Shown: positions 49,750 through 60,160 of the stretch, one piece after another
Numbering within the stretch: the stretch's first letter is position 1
Layout of the letters: every line of letters begins with the position of its first letter
Source: Nitrospirota bacterium
GTDB taxonomy: Bacteria > Nitrospirota > UBA9217
Length of the DNA: 64,000 nt
Reading direction: 5' to 3'
NCBI GenBank assembly: GCA_963840455.1
Contig: CAWIYV010000011.1
Location: 288,001-352,000, forward strand
The notes under the pieces: generated by a model
Told to the model about the DNA's origin: nothing
The model's input: the letters and a program-made list of their open reading frames with translations, nothing else
Databases searched by the model: none
Made by a program: the position numbers and the translations under genes

Positions 49750-49903
49750 GAATCCAGGAGCGAGCGCTAACCCCGTAGCTTGCTGTGGGGTCTTGCCCCC
49801 AGCGGTTATGAGTGGAACCGCGAGTGCAGGGGGTTAGCAAGCGATTAGAATAAACGATGACCTTGAGGATCGAAGCTCTCTCCAGCTTGCTGCAGGGATC
49901 ATC
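49750..49903 (-). mobile_element. M4 full-length copy with ~40-bp internal insertion
   Basis: GAATCCAGGAGCGAGCG...GCGATTAGAATAAA...CCTTGAGGATCGAAG...GCTTGCTGCAGGGATC. Confidence 0.7.
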
Positions 49904-49925
49904 AATGCCAAGTCAGGAACAGGTT

Positions 49926-49954
49926 TTGACCCCGCCCGCTGATTCCTCTATAAT
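49926..49954 (+). promoter_or_regulatory. sigma70 promoter of the patatin-GT2-rSAM unit
   Basis: TTGACC-17 bp-TATAAT. Confidence 0.75.
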
Positions 49955-50094
49955 GTGCCCAGGCTGCTGGCTTTCAGACGGCCGCGACTGAGGATCTCGC
50001 GGCAAGACATTTTCCTTCGCATTCCCCCCGAATCCGCGGTATTATTATTTACCGCGGCTGAAACGTGATCTTGCCTGTCCCCTGAAGGAGCGAA

Positions 50095-50892
50095 ATGAAC
50101 GGGTCAGTCCATCCCAGGATCGGACTTGCGTTATCAGGCGGCGCAGCCCGCTGCATCGCCCACATTGCCGTGCTGGATGTGCTGGAACAGGAAGGCGTCC
50201 CTGTGCATGCCGTCGCGGGTACCAGCGGCGGCAGCATCATCGGTGCGCTCTATGCAGCGGACATGCCGCTCCCGCAAATTCAACGGACCCTTCTGGCTAC
50301 CAAGTGGAAGGACGTACTCAAGTTTACCGTCCCCCGGACAGGACTCATAGCGAGCGAAGGGATCTATCGTTTCATGGAGGAGATCCTTCCGGTCAAGAAG
50401 TTCTCCAGCCTCTCCCTGCCCTTCGCTGCGGTCGCGACCGACCTCCATACCGGGGATAAGGTCGCCATCACGACCGGCTCCCTGGCGCGGGCGGTGCAGG
50501 CAAGCTGCAGCCTGCCGATCATCTTCACCCCCACGGAGATCAACAAGCGCCTGCTGGTCGACGGCGGTGTCGCCAGCCAGATCCCGGTCAGTACCGCGCG
50601 AGAAGACCTGGGGGCAAAGAAGGTCATCGCCGTGAATGTGAACCATAAGGCGATGGAAATGGACAGGTTCGATACCATCATCACCATCGCCGCGCACCTG
50701 TCGGCGCTCTGGGCGTCGCGGAACGCGCGGGAAGAGGAAAAGCTGGCCGATGTGGTCGTCCAGGTGAACACCGCCGGGATCCCTCTCTATGACCTGTCCA
50801 AGGCGAAAGAACTGCTGAGGCGGGGCACCGAAGCTGCGGAAGAGAAGTTGCCGGAGATCCGGGCGCTGTTGAAGGAGGCAGGGACGCATTGA
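50095..50892 (+). CDS. Patatin-like phospholipase
   Basis: LSGGAAR, GTSGG nucleophile, DGG. Confidence 0.92.
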   Translation: MNGSVHPRIGLALSGGAARCIAHIAVLDVLEQEGVPVHAVAGTSGGSIIGALYAADMPLPQIQRTLLATKWKDVLKFTVPRTGLIASEGIYRFMEEILPVKKFSSLSLPFAAVATDLHTGDKVAITTGSLARAVQASCSLPIIFTPTEINKRLLVDGGVASQIPVSTAREDLGAKKVIAVNVNHKAMEMDRFDTIITIAAHLSALWASRNAREEEKLADVVVQVNTAGIPLYDLSKAKELLRRGTEAAEEKLPEIRALLKEAGTH

Positions 50893-50902
50893 CCTGGTAT
50901 TC

Positions 50903-51916
50903 ATGCCGATGACCTGGGATCCGGTAATGATATCGCTCATCATCCCCGTGCGGAATGCGGAGGCCACCATCGAAAAGTGCCTTGCTGCTGCCTTTGCTCT
51001 TGACGATGCACGATATGAAATCATCGTTGTCGATGATGCCTCGGAAGACGCCTCTGCCGCACTCATAGGGAAATATCCCTGCACGCTCATACGGCTGGAC
51101 GCCCATTCCGGCGCCGCCAGGGCACGGAACGTCGGCGCACGGCACAGCAAGGGAGACATTCTGTTCTTTACGGATGCGGACTGCCTCGTTGCGAACGATG
51201 TGCTTTCGCGGGTCCGCGCGGCATTGTACGGCCGCGACGCCGAGGTGGTCCTCGGCGGAACCTACACTTCGCTCCCCTATGACCGGGACTTCTTCAGCAC
51301 ATTCCAGTCGCTCTTCATTCATTATTCGGAGACAAAGGACAGCGAGAACCCCGATTATCTTGCAACCCACGCCATGGCTATCAGTGCGGAGACGTTCCGG
51401 AACATCGGCGGCTTTTCCGAAGATCTCGGGCCCATCCTCGAGGACGTCGAGATCAGCCATCGGCTTCGCAGGGCTGGATATCGATTGCGCATGGACCCCG
51501 GCCTTCAGGTACAGCACATCTTCCGGCATTCCCTGTTGAGATCACTCGGCAATGCCGTGCGCAAGGCCACCTACTGGACCCTCTACTCTCTCCGAAACCG
51601 GGACCTCCTTGCCGACTCCGGAGCCGCCTCGCGGGAGCTGAAGGTGAACGGCCTTGTCTGGTTGTTGACGGCGACGGTTACTCTCTTCGTCCTGGTATCG
51701 GGACAGGTACGTCTCCTCTTGATCGTGCCCCTGATCGAGATGCTAAATGTCTGGGTGAACTTGAGACTTTTCACAACGTTCCTCAAATCAAAAGGAGTGC
51801 TCTTTGCATTGGCTGCGATGCTCTATTATACGCTCCTGTATCCCGCTGCGGTCTGGATGGGGGTCCTCAGCGCGCTTGCACGGCATCTCGCACAGCGACG
51901 AACGGTGAACGCATGA
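50903..51916 (+). CDS. Glycosyltransferase family 2 with C-terminal TM segments
   Basis: IIPVRN, VVDDAS, ARNVG, FTDAD, EDVE. Confidence 0.9.
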   Translation: MPMTWDPVMISLIIPVRNAEATIEKCLAAAFALDDARYEIIVVDDASEDASAALIGKYPCTLIRLDAHSGAARARNVGARHSKGDILFFTDADCLVANDVLSRVRAALYGRDAEVVLGGTYTSLPYDRDFFSTFQSLFIHYSETKDSENPDYLATHAMAISAETFRNIGGFSEDLGPILEDVEISHRLRRAGYRLRMDPGLQVQHIFRHSLLRSLGNAVRKATYWTLYSLRNRDLLADSGAASRELKVNGLVWLLTATVTLFVLVSGQVRLLLIVPLIEMLNVWVNLRLFTTFLKSKGVLFALAAMLYYTLLYPAAVWMGVLSALARHLAQRRTVNA

Positions 51917-53046
51917 CGGACATTTCGCAAATGATGGCGGAGGCCGCGCAACGGGCCGTCGGCATGTATTCGCCCTTCCGGCATGTGCAGGACATCGTTT
52001 GGAAGCGACGACCCATCCAGATCACCTTCTTCGTAACCAGACGGTGCAATGCAAAATGCCCGTTCTGCTTTGCGCTCCGGTCGGTGGAGCCTGCCGGGAA
52101 TGGTTCCCCCGAGCTGTCCATCGGGGAGATACGGCGGATCTCAGCTTCGCTCGGCCCGCTGCTGTGGCTCGCATTTTCAGGAGGTGAGGTCTTTCTCCGC
52201 AACGACCTCGCGGAGATCGCGTCGATATTCTACCGCACGAACCGTCCTGCGATCATGCTCTTCCCAACGAACGGCCTCCTTCCCGAGGTGATCCGTGACA
52301 CCGTTGAGAAGGTCCTTCAAACATGCCCCAAGAGCATCATCGTCGTCAAGCTCTCCCTGGACGGGCTGGGCCCCGACCATGATAAACTCCGGAACACGCC
52401 GGGGAGCTTCGAACGGACCATGGAAACCTACCGGCTGCTCGAAGGATTCATCGATGTCTATCCCCAGTTCGAGCTCGGTGTCAACACGGTCTTCTGCTCA
52501 GAGAACCAGGACCGCATGGACGCGATCATTGATTTCGTCGCGGGCCTCGAAAAGGTCACGACGCACACCCTGTCGCTGGTCCGCGGCGATCTCGTGAACG
52601 AGCAGTACAAGAACGTGGATCACGAAAAATATCGCCGTGCCATCGATCGGCTGGCCAAGGACCTGCAGGGCGGGACCGCACGCACCTATCGGTTCCGCGG
52701 CGGCCGCCTAAAGGCCGCGCAGGACATTCTGCAAAGAAGGCTCATCTATCGCACTGTGCAGGAGCAACGAAGGGTCATCCCCTGCTACGCAGGCAGGCTG
52801 AACCTCGTTCTGCGGGAAAACGGGGACGTTTATCCCTGTGAGATCCTGTCGGAGCGTTTCGGCAACGTGCGGGACCATGACCATGACCTGCGAAAGGTGA
52901 TGCGGTCGGAGGAAGCAAGGAAGATCATCGCATCGATAAGCGCCAAGAAGTGCCGCTGCACGCATGAGTGCTATTTCATGACGAACATCCTCTTCAATCC
53001 GCGCCTGTATCCAACCCTGACCAGGGAATACCTCCGGCTCGGATGA
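51913..53046 (+). CDS. Radical SAM protein with SPASM/Twitch domain
   Basis: CNAKCPFC, SGGE, SLDG, CYAG...GDVYPC...CRCTHEC. Confidence 0.92.
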   Translation: MTDISQMMAEAAQRAVGMYSPFRHVQDIVWKRRPIQITFFVTRRCNAKCPFCFALRSVEPAGNGSPELSIGEIRRISASLGPLLWLAFSGGEVFLRNDLAEIASIFYRTNRPAIMLFPTNGLLPEVIRDTVEKVLQTCPKSIIVVKLSLDGLGPDHDKLRNTPGSFERTMETYRLLEGFIDVYPQFELGVNTVFCSENQDRMDAIIDFVAGLEKVTTHTLSLVRGDLVNEQYKNVDHEKYRRAIDRLAKDLQGGTARTYRFRGGRLKAAQDILQRRLIYRTVQEQRRVIPCYAGRLNLVLRENGDVYPCEILSERFGNVRDHDHDLRKVMRSEEARKIIASISAKKCRCTHECYFMTNILFNPRLYPTLTREYLRLG

Positions 53047-53103
53047 GAGCAGCCTTGTCCTTACGATCATTCTCCGTGCTGGCCGGCATCCCCGCACCAA
53101 GGC

Positions 53104-53135
53104 AAAAAAAGGGAGGCGCTCCATGGCGCCTCCCT
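53104..53135 (-). terminator. Intrinsic terminator of the ext-like operon
   Basis: AGGGAGGCGC-CATGGA-GCGCCTCCCT followed by a T-tract on the minus strand. Confidence 0.85.
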
Positions 53136-53164
53136 GGTAAGACCTCAGCAAAGACTGTTGAACA

Positions 53165-54397
53165 TCAGATACGGAACTGAAGCATGGCGGTCCAGGTCGT
53201 GAAATCCTTATTCGCTGCATCCTCCTTCGAATAATCGTTTATGGAGTACTCGAGCGTCAGCCTCAGGTTCTGGCCACTGATATAATAATTGACGCCGAGG
53301 GCGGACCACTTGATCTCCTGGTCATAGATGCCCTGAAGCTGAGCAAAGTTCCATTTTTCATAGCGGCCGAAGATCTGGAGGTCAGCTCCGCCGATCTTCC
53401 CGGGAAGGAGGTAGCCCGCTTTCGCATACCATCCGTTCTTCTCTCCATTGATGCCGATGCTCCTCAGATCGGGGTCCGCACCCTTATAGGCCCCATCAAA
53501 GTCTTCCTTCAAATAGGCCCCGGAGACCGTGAACGTTCCCGCCGGCGTCGGATACTCGAAGAACGCATCATACGTATATGCCTTGTAGTCCTTCGTATCG
53601 CTCAAGCCCGCAACGTTCCCATAGACGGCGGCAGACTCGACCTGGTATCCCGCACCGACGGTCAGGACCTTTTTCTTGCCGAGATAGGTGCCCTTGTAGG
53701 TGAGCGAGTATTCGGGGTCAAGAAGGGAAACGTGGGCCCTGGCCGTGTACCGCAAGTTGCTCTTCGGATCATTGATATCATCATTGCCCTTCATTGCAGA
53801 GAGCCGGTACTGGAACAGCGCGTCTGCAATATTCCCCCAGAGGAGCACGCCGAAATCGCGGTTCAGCCGCGGCAGGTCCGTATAGACAAAATAGGACCGG
53901 TCCACGCTCAACGGTTCGAAACAGCTCTCGTTGTCCTCCCGGACCAGGGGGTCCTTGGTCAGGCCCGCGCGAAGCCGGACTGAATCGGACCAGTCCGCCG
54001 TAAAGAACGTGTCAATGATATCGAAGTTCTTTCCCGGCGTTGCCGAAACCGAGGTAGCATTGATCCGCTGATCGCCTTGATACTGGATGGCGGAGTAAAA
54101 TCCGTAGACATCGTTCAACTGGCCGGAGAGCATGAGCCGGTTTCTCTTGAAGAAGATGTCCGTCGTAGTGTCGGTCCCGTTCGGGCCCGACCCCGTGTCC
54201 CGGGACTGGAAGTACAATTGGAATGCATAGCTGAACTGGATTGAAGAGACGACCTCCGCGACCTTTTGGGCCGTCTCACTTGGTACGTTTGGTAACGCTT
54301 CCGTCTGCTGAGCCTGAACGACAGGTACGCCGCACAGGAGAAGAGCCAGCAGCAGCCACGCAGACAGCGCGTATCGTCTGGATCCTGCTTTAGCCAT
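53165..54397 (-). CDS. extI: Outer-membrane porin, OprO/P-like (ExtI-like)
   Basis: Signal peptide, RNRLMLSG, RDFGVLLWG, beta-barrel C-terminus; recalled similarity and synteny with Geobacter ExtH/ExtI. Confidence 0.72.
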   Translation of the reverse strand: MAKAGSRRYALSAWLLLALLLCGVPVVQAQQTEALPNVPSETAQKVAEVVSSIQFSYAFQLYFQSRDTGSGPNGTDTTTDIFFKRNRLMLSGQLNDVYGFYSAIQYQGDQRINATSVSATPGKNFDIIDTFFTADWSDSVRLRAGLTKDPLVREDNESCFEPLSVDRSYFVYTDLPRLNRDFGVLLWGNIADALFQYRLSAMKGNDDINDPKSNLRYTARAHVSLLDPEYSLTYKGTYLGKKKVLTVGAGYQVESAAVYGNVAGLSDTKDYKAYTYDAFFEYPTPAGTFTVSGAYLKEDFDGAYKGADPDLRSIGINGEKNGWYAKAGYLLPGKIGGADLQIFGRYEKWNFAQLQGIYDQEIKWSALGVNYYISGQNLRLTLEYSINDYSKEDAANKDFTTWTAMLQFRI

Positions 54398-54455
54398 GAA
54401 AGCCTCCTTTACGAGCCGATCACTGTGAACAATGCACAACCATATCCAACGCACC

Positions 54456-54719
54456 CTAACACGAGCACTCGAACTGATCACGGTACTTGAGACGAGGTTT
54501 TTTCTGCGGAGGCGCCTTTTTCTTTTCCGGGGATTCCTTGCCCGTAGGCGAGAGGGCATCTCCCGGCTTCTTGTCTTTCTGGTCCTCCGTACGGGACCCC
54601 TCGTCCGGCTGCTGCGCGGCGCCGTTCTTTGAGCCCATGGCATGGCAGACATGCACCAACGGGCCTGCAGCGAACAACAATACCGCCGCGAGAGTTAGAT
54701 AGGTGATCATGTTCTTCAT
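54456..54719 (-). CDS. Small secreted protein ending in CSC
   Basis: Signal peptide, low-complexity linker, KYRDQFECSC*; starts 4 nt after the rhodanese stop. Confidence 0.75.
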   Translation of the reverse strand: MKNMITYLTLAAVLLFAAGPLVHVCHAMGSKNGAAQQPDEGSRTEDQKDKKPGDALSPTGKESPEKKKAPPQKKPRLKYRDQFECSC

Positions 54720-54722
54720 TAC

Positions 54723-56372
54723 CTAGTATCCCGGTGCGATGGGACCTCCGCCTCCTCCGCCGCCGCCCCCTGAACCACCTCCAACACCGAAATACACCGC
54801 GTCCTCCTCTTCGATCTCATTTGCCGTTGCGGCATAGGAATTGGGCAGCAGCGGGGTGCATCCTGCGGGGCTGTATGTGGTGACACCAGCCACGCTCGTA
54901 CTGCTAGAACAAATACTTCCGTCTAGAGCAAGGCGCTCCACTGCCCTCTTGGTGATGAAGTCCCACCGGTCTCCCACGGTATGGCCCGTAGTTGTGGCAA
55001 AAGAAACGGTCATGCCCTCACCAATCGTGTACGTTCCGGCTGAAATAGGAACACTTTGTTCGTTCCAGACCGTATTGGTCGCACTGCTCGAGAGCCACCA
55101 GCTGAACGTATCAGGCGTGCCTGAGCTGTCGATCTGGACCCTAAAGAACCTGCTCGCTGTTCCGCTGTACGCCCCCCCTGCGGTCATGTCGTTGAGGTTC
55201 AAAACGGTCCCCGTAGCCGACGTATAGAACACCGGACCCGGCGTTGTATCGAACGTGTAGACGACCAACTCACTGCGGGACGGGACATCTGTCCTCCAGG
55301 GAGAATCAGGTTGTAACATTCCACCAGGCCCCGCTGCCATCTGCCCCCACTGGCTCCAGGAACCGTCGTACAAAGAGACAGGCCAATCAAGTATCGCATC
55401 AAGAACAAAGAACGCCGAACTGGCGATCACTCCTGTCCTTCAGTACACGTGGGCAATCTTTGTGCTGTCGATGCCGATGGCATTGAACATCGCTGCAAGG
55501 ACATCGGGTGCTTTGAAACGATAGTTTTTCGTAGAATCGAACAAATCTGTGTAGAGCATTGCCTTGCCGTTCTTGAGACGGCCTTCGAAGGCCACAAAAT
55601 CGCTTCCCGGGTTGAATACCCCGCCAGTGGACCCTCGCTTGCCGGCATAGGAACCGTCGGTCGGCACGCTCCTCATGTCAACCGGAATGGCATTAGCCAC
55701 TCTGCCTTCGGCAACCTTGATCATATCGCTTAGAGAGGCCCTGAGGTCCGTACGCAACTGGACGTTTTTCTTCACGCTGTATGTGGCAGGCGTGGGGGTT
55801 GGCGGGTCGCCCGGAGTCAGACCGTATGTTGCATTCCAGGCAAAGTTGATCCCATCGAGCACCTTCAGCTTTTCCTTGGGAAAGCCCCAGTACCGGAAGA
55901 TCCAGTAGGACCTCGTAGCGGTGAGAACAGTGCCTGCGCTAGGAGAAGCCGCCCCGCTGGTCAACACGATGGTCGTATCCCTATCGATCCCAAACTTCTG
56001 GACAAGAGCGTCTATGTGCGAGCCATCGAGAACCATGGTGACATCCGCCGCCGGCCCCTCCGTACGGGTCTGGGCGATGTCGGCACTATTCACGAATTGC
56101 GCGCCCGGAATGTGGCCTGCAGTGTAGGTCGCCAAGGAGGTGACATCGAGGATGATCACCTTGTCGTACCCCGTACTGTTCACGACGCCACTGTCGATCC
56201 ATGCCTTGAGTGTTTCTGGGGAGATGAGCGTAGCAGATGTTTGAGAGGTTGTCGGTGTGTCGTAGTTGGACGTACTACAGCTGTTGATCAACAGGGGGAC
56301 TGCCAGGAGAGACATCAAGAGCGCCAAGAAAATCAATTTGCTGCCGAGCCATTGCTTTTTGATGAAAGCCAT
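54723..56372 (-). CDS. extH: Selenocysteine-containing tandem rhodanese lipoprotein (ExtH-like), 549 aa
   Basis: ORFs 55440-56372 and 54723-55430 are in frame across a single TGA (55442-55440): HVY-U-RTGVIAS...LYDGSWSQW. GHIPGA in the first domain; lipobox. Confidence 0.88.
55401..55439 (-). promoter_or_regulatory. Bacterial SECIS-like element
   Basis: UGA AGGACAGGAG UGAU CGCC-AGUUC-GGCG UUCUUUGUUCU; apical loop 18 nt from UGA with G at loop position 2. Confidence 0.75.
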
Positions 56373-56571
56373 CCTCTGCCTCCTTTCAGCGTATATGCCC
56401 CGAACGAAAACAAAAAAAACATGAGTCCCTTTTCCTTACTTCACCTCCTTTTCGTGCTGAACCATAGAAATAAATCCGCGAATTGTTCTTGAAAGGTCTG
56501 CGACGTGTAGAGAAGATATTTCATTCACCTGACACAGCACTTCATAGCTCAATGATGTCAACAATGATTAA

Positions 56572-56600
56572 AGTATAGTCTCCGGAAAAATGACTGTCAA
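56572..56600 (-). promoter_or_regulatory. sigma70 promoter of the ext-like operon
   Basis: TTGACA-17 bp-TATACT. Confidence 0.8.
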
Positions 56601-56843
56601 GGAAATTGCTTTTTTCATCATTCGGGTGCAATATTTTGCCTAGCAGATGATATATACCTGCACTTATGATGGTCTTTCGATCTGTTTTCGCGGATCAATA
56701 GGACTCAGGAACAGAACATCCGGGCATTCTGTTGTTGTCGAGAGAAACAGAGAAAGACCGTTCTGATGCAATGGCCGCGAGAGTCTCGGATGGTGTTCAG
56801 CACAGGAAAAGTAGACCGGGTTCGCAGCATAGAGACGAATGCT

Positions 56844-58583
56844 TCACCGCCGGGTATAGACATGCACGATCGTCTTGTACCGGAATGGGTCCGATGCCAA
56901 CGCGAACCGCTTCACGACCGGCAAGGCCGCTGTCCGCTGCTGAAGGAAGGGAGGCAGGTCATTCATCGGCCCGCCGGAAATGACGACGACCGACTCCCCT
57001 CCAATCAGGACCGGGTCCCCTGCGTAATACTCCGGGTTTTGATACTCCCAGGTGAACCGCAATGACGATGTTGTCCGTTCGACACCGGCCGGCAGGGCTC
57101 CCGGACCGTATCGGTACTGAATCTTCCCCTGGGTGAACAGGTCCAAAAGGGGGACTGCCACCGCAGGATTCGCGACCGGATCGAGGAGGGGCAGCGTGAA
57201 CACTTCGACGGTATGAACCCCCGCGGAATTGAGATATTCGCCGGCCCTCTTGATGTTTATGGCGCTTGTGCTTCGCGCAAAGGGAAGATAACCAAAGAAG
57301 AGCGTGATGAGCGACGTAACCATCGTGATGGATACGATGAAGGCCCGCACTTCACGCCGCCTGATCAACTGGAGCCCATAGGCCGCCATGAGCGCAAACA
57401 TGGGAAGCACCGGCAGGAGGTACCGGAACCTCCTGATGTCAGCGAGTACCACGAGCACCAGGAGCCAGCTGACGATGAGAAAGGAAGGGTCTTTCTTTCT
57501 GAATGCTACGAAGAAGGAGCAGGCTGCCGCGAGGGTAACGAAGGGGTGGACCTGGAAAAGAAAGGTCGAGAGATAGCTTTCGCCCCAGCGTTCCAATCCC
57601 GGCAGCTGATAGCTCTTGAGCAGCGCGAACTGCTCCGAGAACACGTCGGCCTTGAAGAAAGCCGTTGCGGCGATAAGTGCGCCGGACAGCGCAAAGACCG
57701 CGAGAGAGCGGCGGACGGCGGCCGGGGCATCCTTCTTCACCGCAAGCGCCGCAATGATGCCGAGCACGGAGAGGAACAGCCAGGCCGAGTATTTACTGAA
57801 AACCGCCAGAAAGACCGCGCACGAGGCGAGCGCGGTCCTTCCGCCCCCTCCCCGGTCAAGCGCGTCCAGGAACGTATAGATCGCCAGCGTGAGGAAGAAC
57901 ATGGTGGGAATGTCCACGAGCATGAGCGGCACCTGTGCAAGCATGCATGGCATCCCGAGCAGAAGCAGTCCCGCGGAGGAGCCGATCTCCTTGCTCCAGA
58001 GCTTCCTGCCGATCAGGAAGGTGAGCAGGACGGTCGATGAGAAAAGCAAAGTCGTGAACGCCTGGATCGCGATCCTGTGTTCGCCGAACAGGGAAAAGAT
58101 CATGCCGAAGAAGAACGGCACCGCAGGCAGGTCGGTCCACGAACCGATCCCCTTCCCCCATTCCCTCACGAAGTATCCGGCACCGTAAACCTCAAGGTGC
58201 TTGGCCTGCGTGAAGTACCGCGATGCATCCATAAGCAGCTCCGGCTCTCCCCAGAGCATAACTGCCGAGACGACGGAGAGGAGAACGGGTGCAACAAGGG
58301 GGCTGCGCTCGAAGAAGGACCACCGGGCGAGCAGATAGGCGGCAAGGATGCCAGGAACGAAACGCATCAGAAGGCCGGCGGATCCTACGCCGGCGTAGAC
58401 CCACTTCCAACTGAACAGGCGGTTGTCGTCAACGGTTCGAAAGAGGTAGAGCGCGAATATCGTCACGAGCGCGGCCGCTGAGATGGCGATGAACGCACCC
58501 GTTGCGGTATCATGTGGAGTCCTGCTGTCACTTGCCATAAGTGTCGTCAGGCGTCGTCTGAAGATGCCCGGTTCCGGTTTCAA
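56844..58583 (-). CDS. GT-C fold membrane glycosyltransferase (ArnT/PMT-like)
   Basis: Multiple TM segments, DASRY, DLPAVP, LMLVD, FSKY, RFRYLLP; start uncertain. Confidence 0.8.
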   Translation of the reverse strand: MKPEPGIFRRRLTTLMASDSRTPHDTATGAFIAISAAALVTIFALYLFRTVDDNRLFSWKWVYAGVGSAGLLMRFVPGILAAYLLARWSFFERSPLVAPVLLSVVSAVMLWGEPELLMDASRYFTQAKHLEVYGAGYFVREWGKGIGSWTDLPAVPFFFGMIFSLFGEHRIAIQAFTTLLFSSTVLLTFLIGRKLWSKEIGSSAGLLLLGMPCMLAQVPLMLVDIPTMFFLTLAIYTFLDALDRGGGGRTALASCAVFLAVFSKYSAWLFLSVLGIIAALAVKKDAPAAVRRSLAVFALSGALIAATAFFKADVFSEQFALLKSYQLPGLERWGESYLSTFLFQVHPFVTLAAACSFFVAFRKKDPSFLIVSWLLVLVVLADIRRFRYLLPVLPMFALMAAYGLQLIRRREVRAFIVSITMVTSLITLFFGYLPFARSTSAINIKRAGEYLNSAGVHTVEVFTLPLLDPVANPAVAVPLLDLFTQGKIQYRYGPGALPAGVERTTSSLRFTWEYQNPEYYAGDPVLIGGESVVVISGGPMNDLPPFLQQRTAALPVVKRFALASDPFRYKTIVHVYTRR

Positions 58584-58831
58584 CCGTCTCTATCACCAGG
58601 TCCGAGCCAGTTTGGGGTCTGACTTGATTCTGTCGTCATTTCAATTGACGCTGCAGGAGGAGGATGAACAGGCTGGACGAGCGGGCAGGGCCTCCCGATG
58701 ACGTGAGAATATAGGAAATACATTGTTGAGTCAAGCGACAGGGAAGGCTGCTCCGCGTTGTTTTGGTTGGGGCGTTGTGATATATTGGCTCCTGGAATAA
58801 ATAACGATGTTCGATAGTCAGCTCCCAGAGG

Positions 58832-59524
58832 ATGAAAATGAAAAAAATTCTCATTGCCGAAGCACTCAAATCCTACATCGCAAAAGAAAAAAGTTTTCTC
58901 AAGCGCGAAGATATCACCGTTTACTCGGCTGCAACGACCGATGACATGCTGAAGATCCACCGGTCCGAAAAGGTAAGCCTGATCATATCGCAGATCGACA
59001 TGCCTGGGATGAGCGCCGAACAGCTTTGTGCGCAGATCCGGAACAACGAGGCGCTCCGGCAGGTCTCCCTCCTCATGATCAGCCCGGACACGTCGTCTGA
59101 CCGCGAGAGGGCTTCCCGCTGCAAGCCCAATGCGATCATGACCCTGCCGATCAACACGGCTCAGCTCCTGGAAAAGGTGCAGCTTCTGCTGGACATTCCC
59201 TGGCGCGGGTCCTTCCGTGTCCTGCTGAGCGTTGCCGTCGAAGGCGACGACAAGGGGAACGCGTTCTTTTGCGGTTCGGAGAACATCAGTTCTTCAGGCC
59301 TGTTGATCGAAACAGACCGGGTGATCTCGAAGAACGACCGGGTGACCTGCAAGTTCTTCCTGTCCGGCTCCGAGCAGATCGTCGTACGCGGCGAGGTCGT
59401 CAGGATCATGAAGCGTGATGCCGGGAAGAACGTCAATCAGTACGGCATCCGCTTCTTAGAGATCGACCAAAAAGCGCAGACGTCGATCGCTTCCTTCGTA
59501 AAAAAGAGGGCGAAACAGGCCTAG
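58832..59524 (+). CDS. Pseudo-receiver + PilZ domain protein (paralog of 39664-40344)
   Basis: RGSFR, NISSSG, YGIRF; Q at the phospho-Asp position. Confidence 0.82.
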   Translation: MKMKKILIAEALKSYIAKEKSFLKREDITVYSAATTDDMLKIHRSEKVSLIISQIDMPGMSAEQLCAQIRNNEALRQVSLLMISPDTSSDRERASRCKPNAIMTLPINTAQLLEKVQLLLDIPWRGSFRVLLSVAVEGDDKGNAFFCGSENISSSGLLIETDRVISKNDRVTCKFFLSGSEQIVVRGEVVRIMKRDAGKNVNQYGIRFLEIDQKAQTSIASFVKKRAKQA

Positions 59525-59640
59525 CGGGCCAGTTCCAAAGGTCCTTCCTTCGTTCATGCAGATCCTTTTCTCCGCCGCGCAGCATGCCCGCGCGCCCTAC
59601 AAACTGCAGGGAATCTTCGATCCTCAAGGAAGTTATTTAT

Positions 59641-60160
59641 TCGGGTCTTCTGACTTTCGTGTGGGTATTACAAAGTGTCTTTAAGATTATTATGCTGAAT
59701 TATCAAGCCTCAGACGGCCTTCCCGCCGCCTTTCTTGCTTGCCCGAAGAAAGGTGGCGCCAAAGAACGGCACCCGGCGACCATTCTGATCCGTCATGCTC
59801 GGTCGTCCTCGGTACATTTCAGAAACTCGGGCTTCGCCCTCAGACAGTCTGAAATGTTTAACCCTCGGACTCGGTCGCATGACGGGAATGTTCGCATGGG
59901 GAGGAGGTCAACGGCTTTAGAAGCTTTTACCCAAATCCCGCATGTCCCCGGAGCGGCCCTACGAAATTTTGGGGCACCGGTCTTGGCCTAAGGAAGCGTC
60001 CCGAAGGGCGGACGCGAACTGTCTGAGGCCGCAGGCCGAGTTTTCGCGGCCGAGCGGACGTGGCCTTAGACCGGTCCAAAATTTCGTTCAGGCTGCGAAG
60101 GGGATATGCAAAAAAGTTTCATGATCCGGGTATTACCCACACAAAACCCGGAAGATCCAA
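59641..60160. mobile_element. MITE-like insertion with ~30-bp terminal IRs, carrying M3 and M2, inserted in an M4 element
   Basis: Left IR TCGGGTCTTCTGACTTTCGTGTGGGTATTA; right IR reverse complement TTGGATCTTCCGGGTTTTGTGTGGGTAATA; TTAT duplicated on both flanks; M4 halves at 59597-59640 and 60161-60223. Confidence 0.7.

Noticed and set aside
55440-55442. Nonsense mutation making the rhodanese a pseudogene
   Set aside because: The TGA is exactly at the catalytic Cys position and is followed by a SECIS-like hairpin
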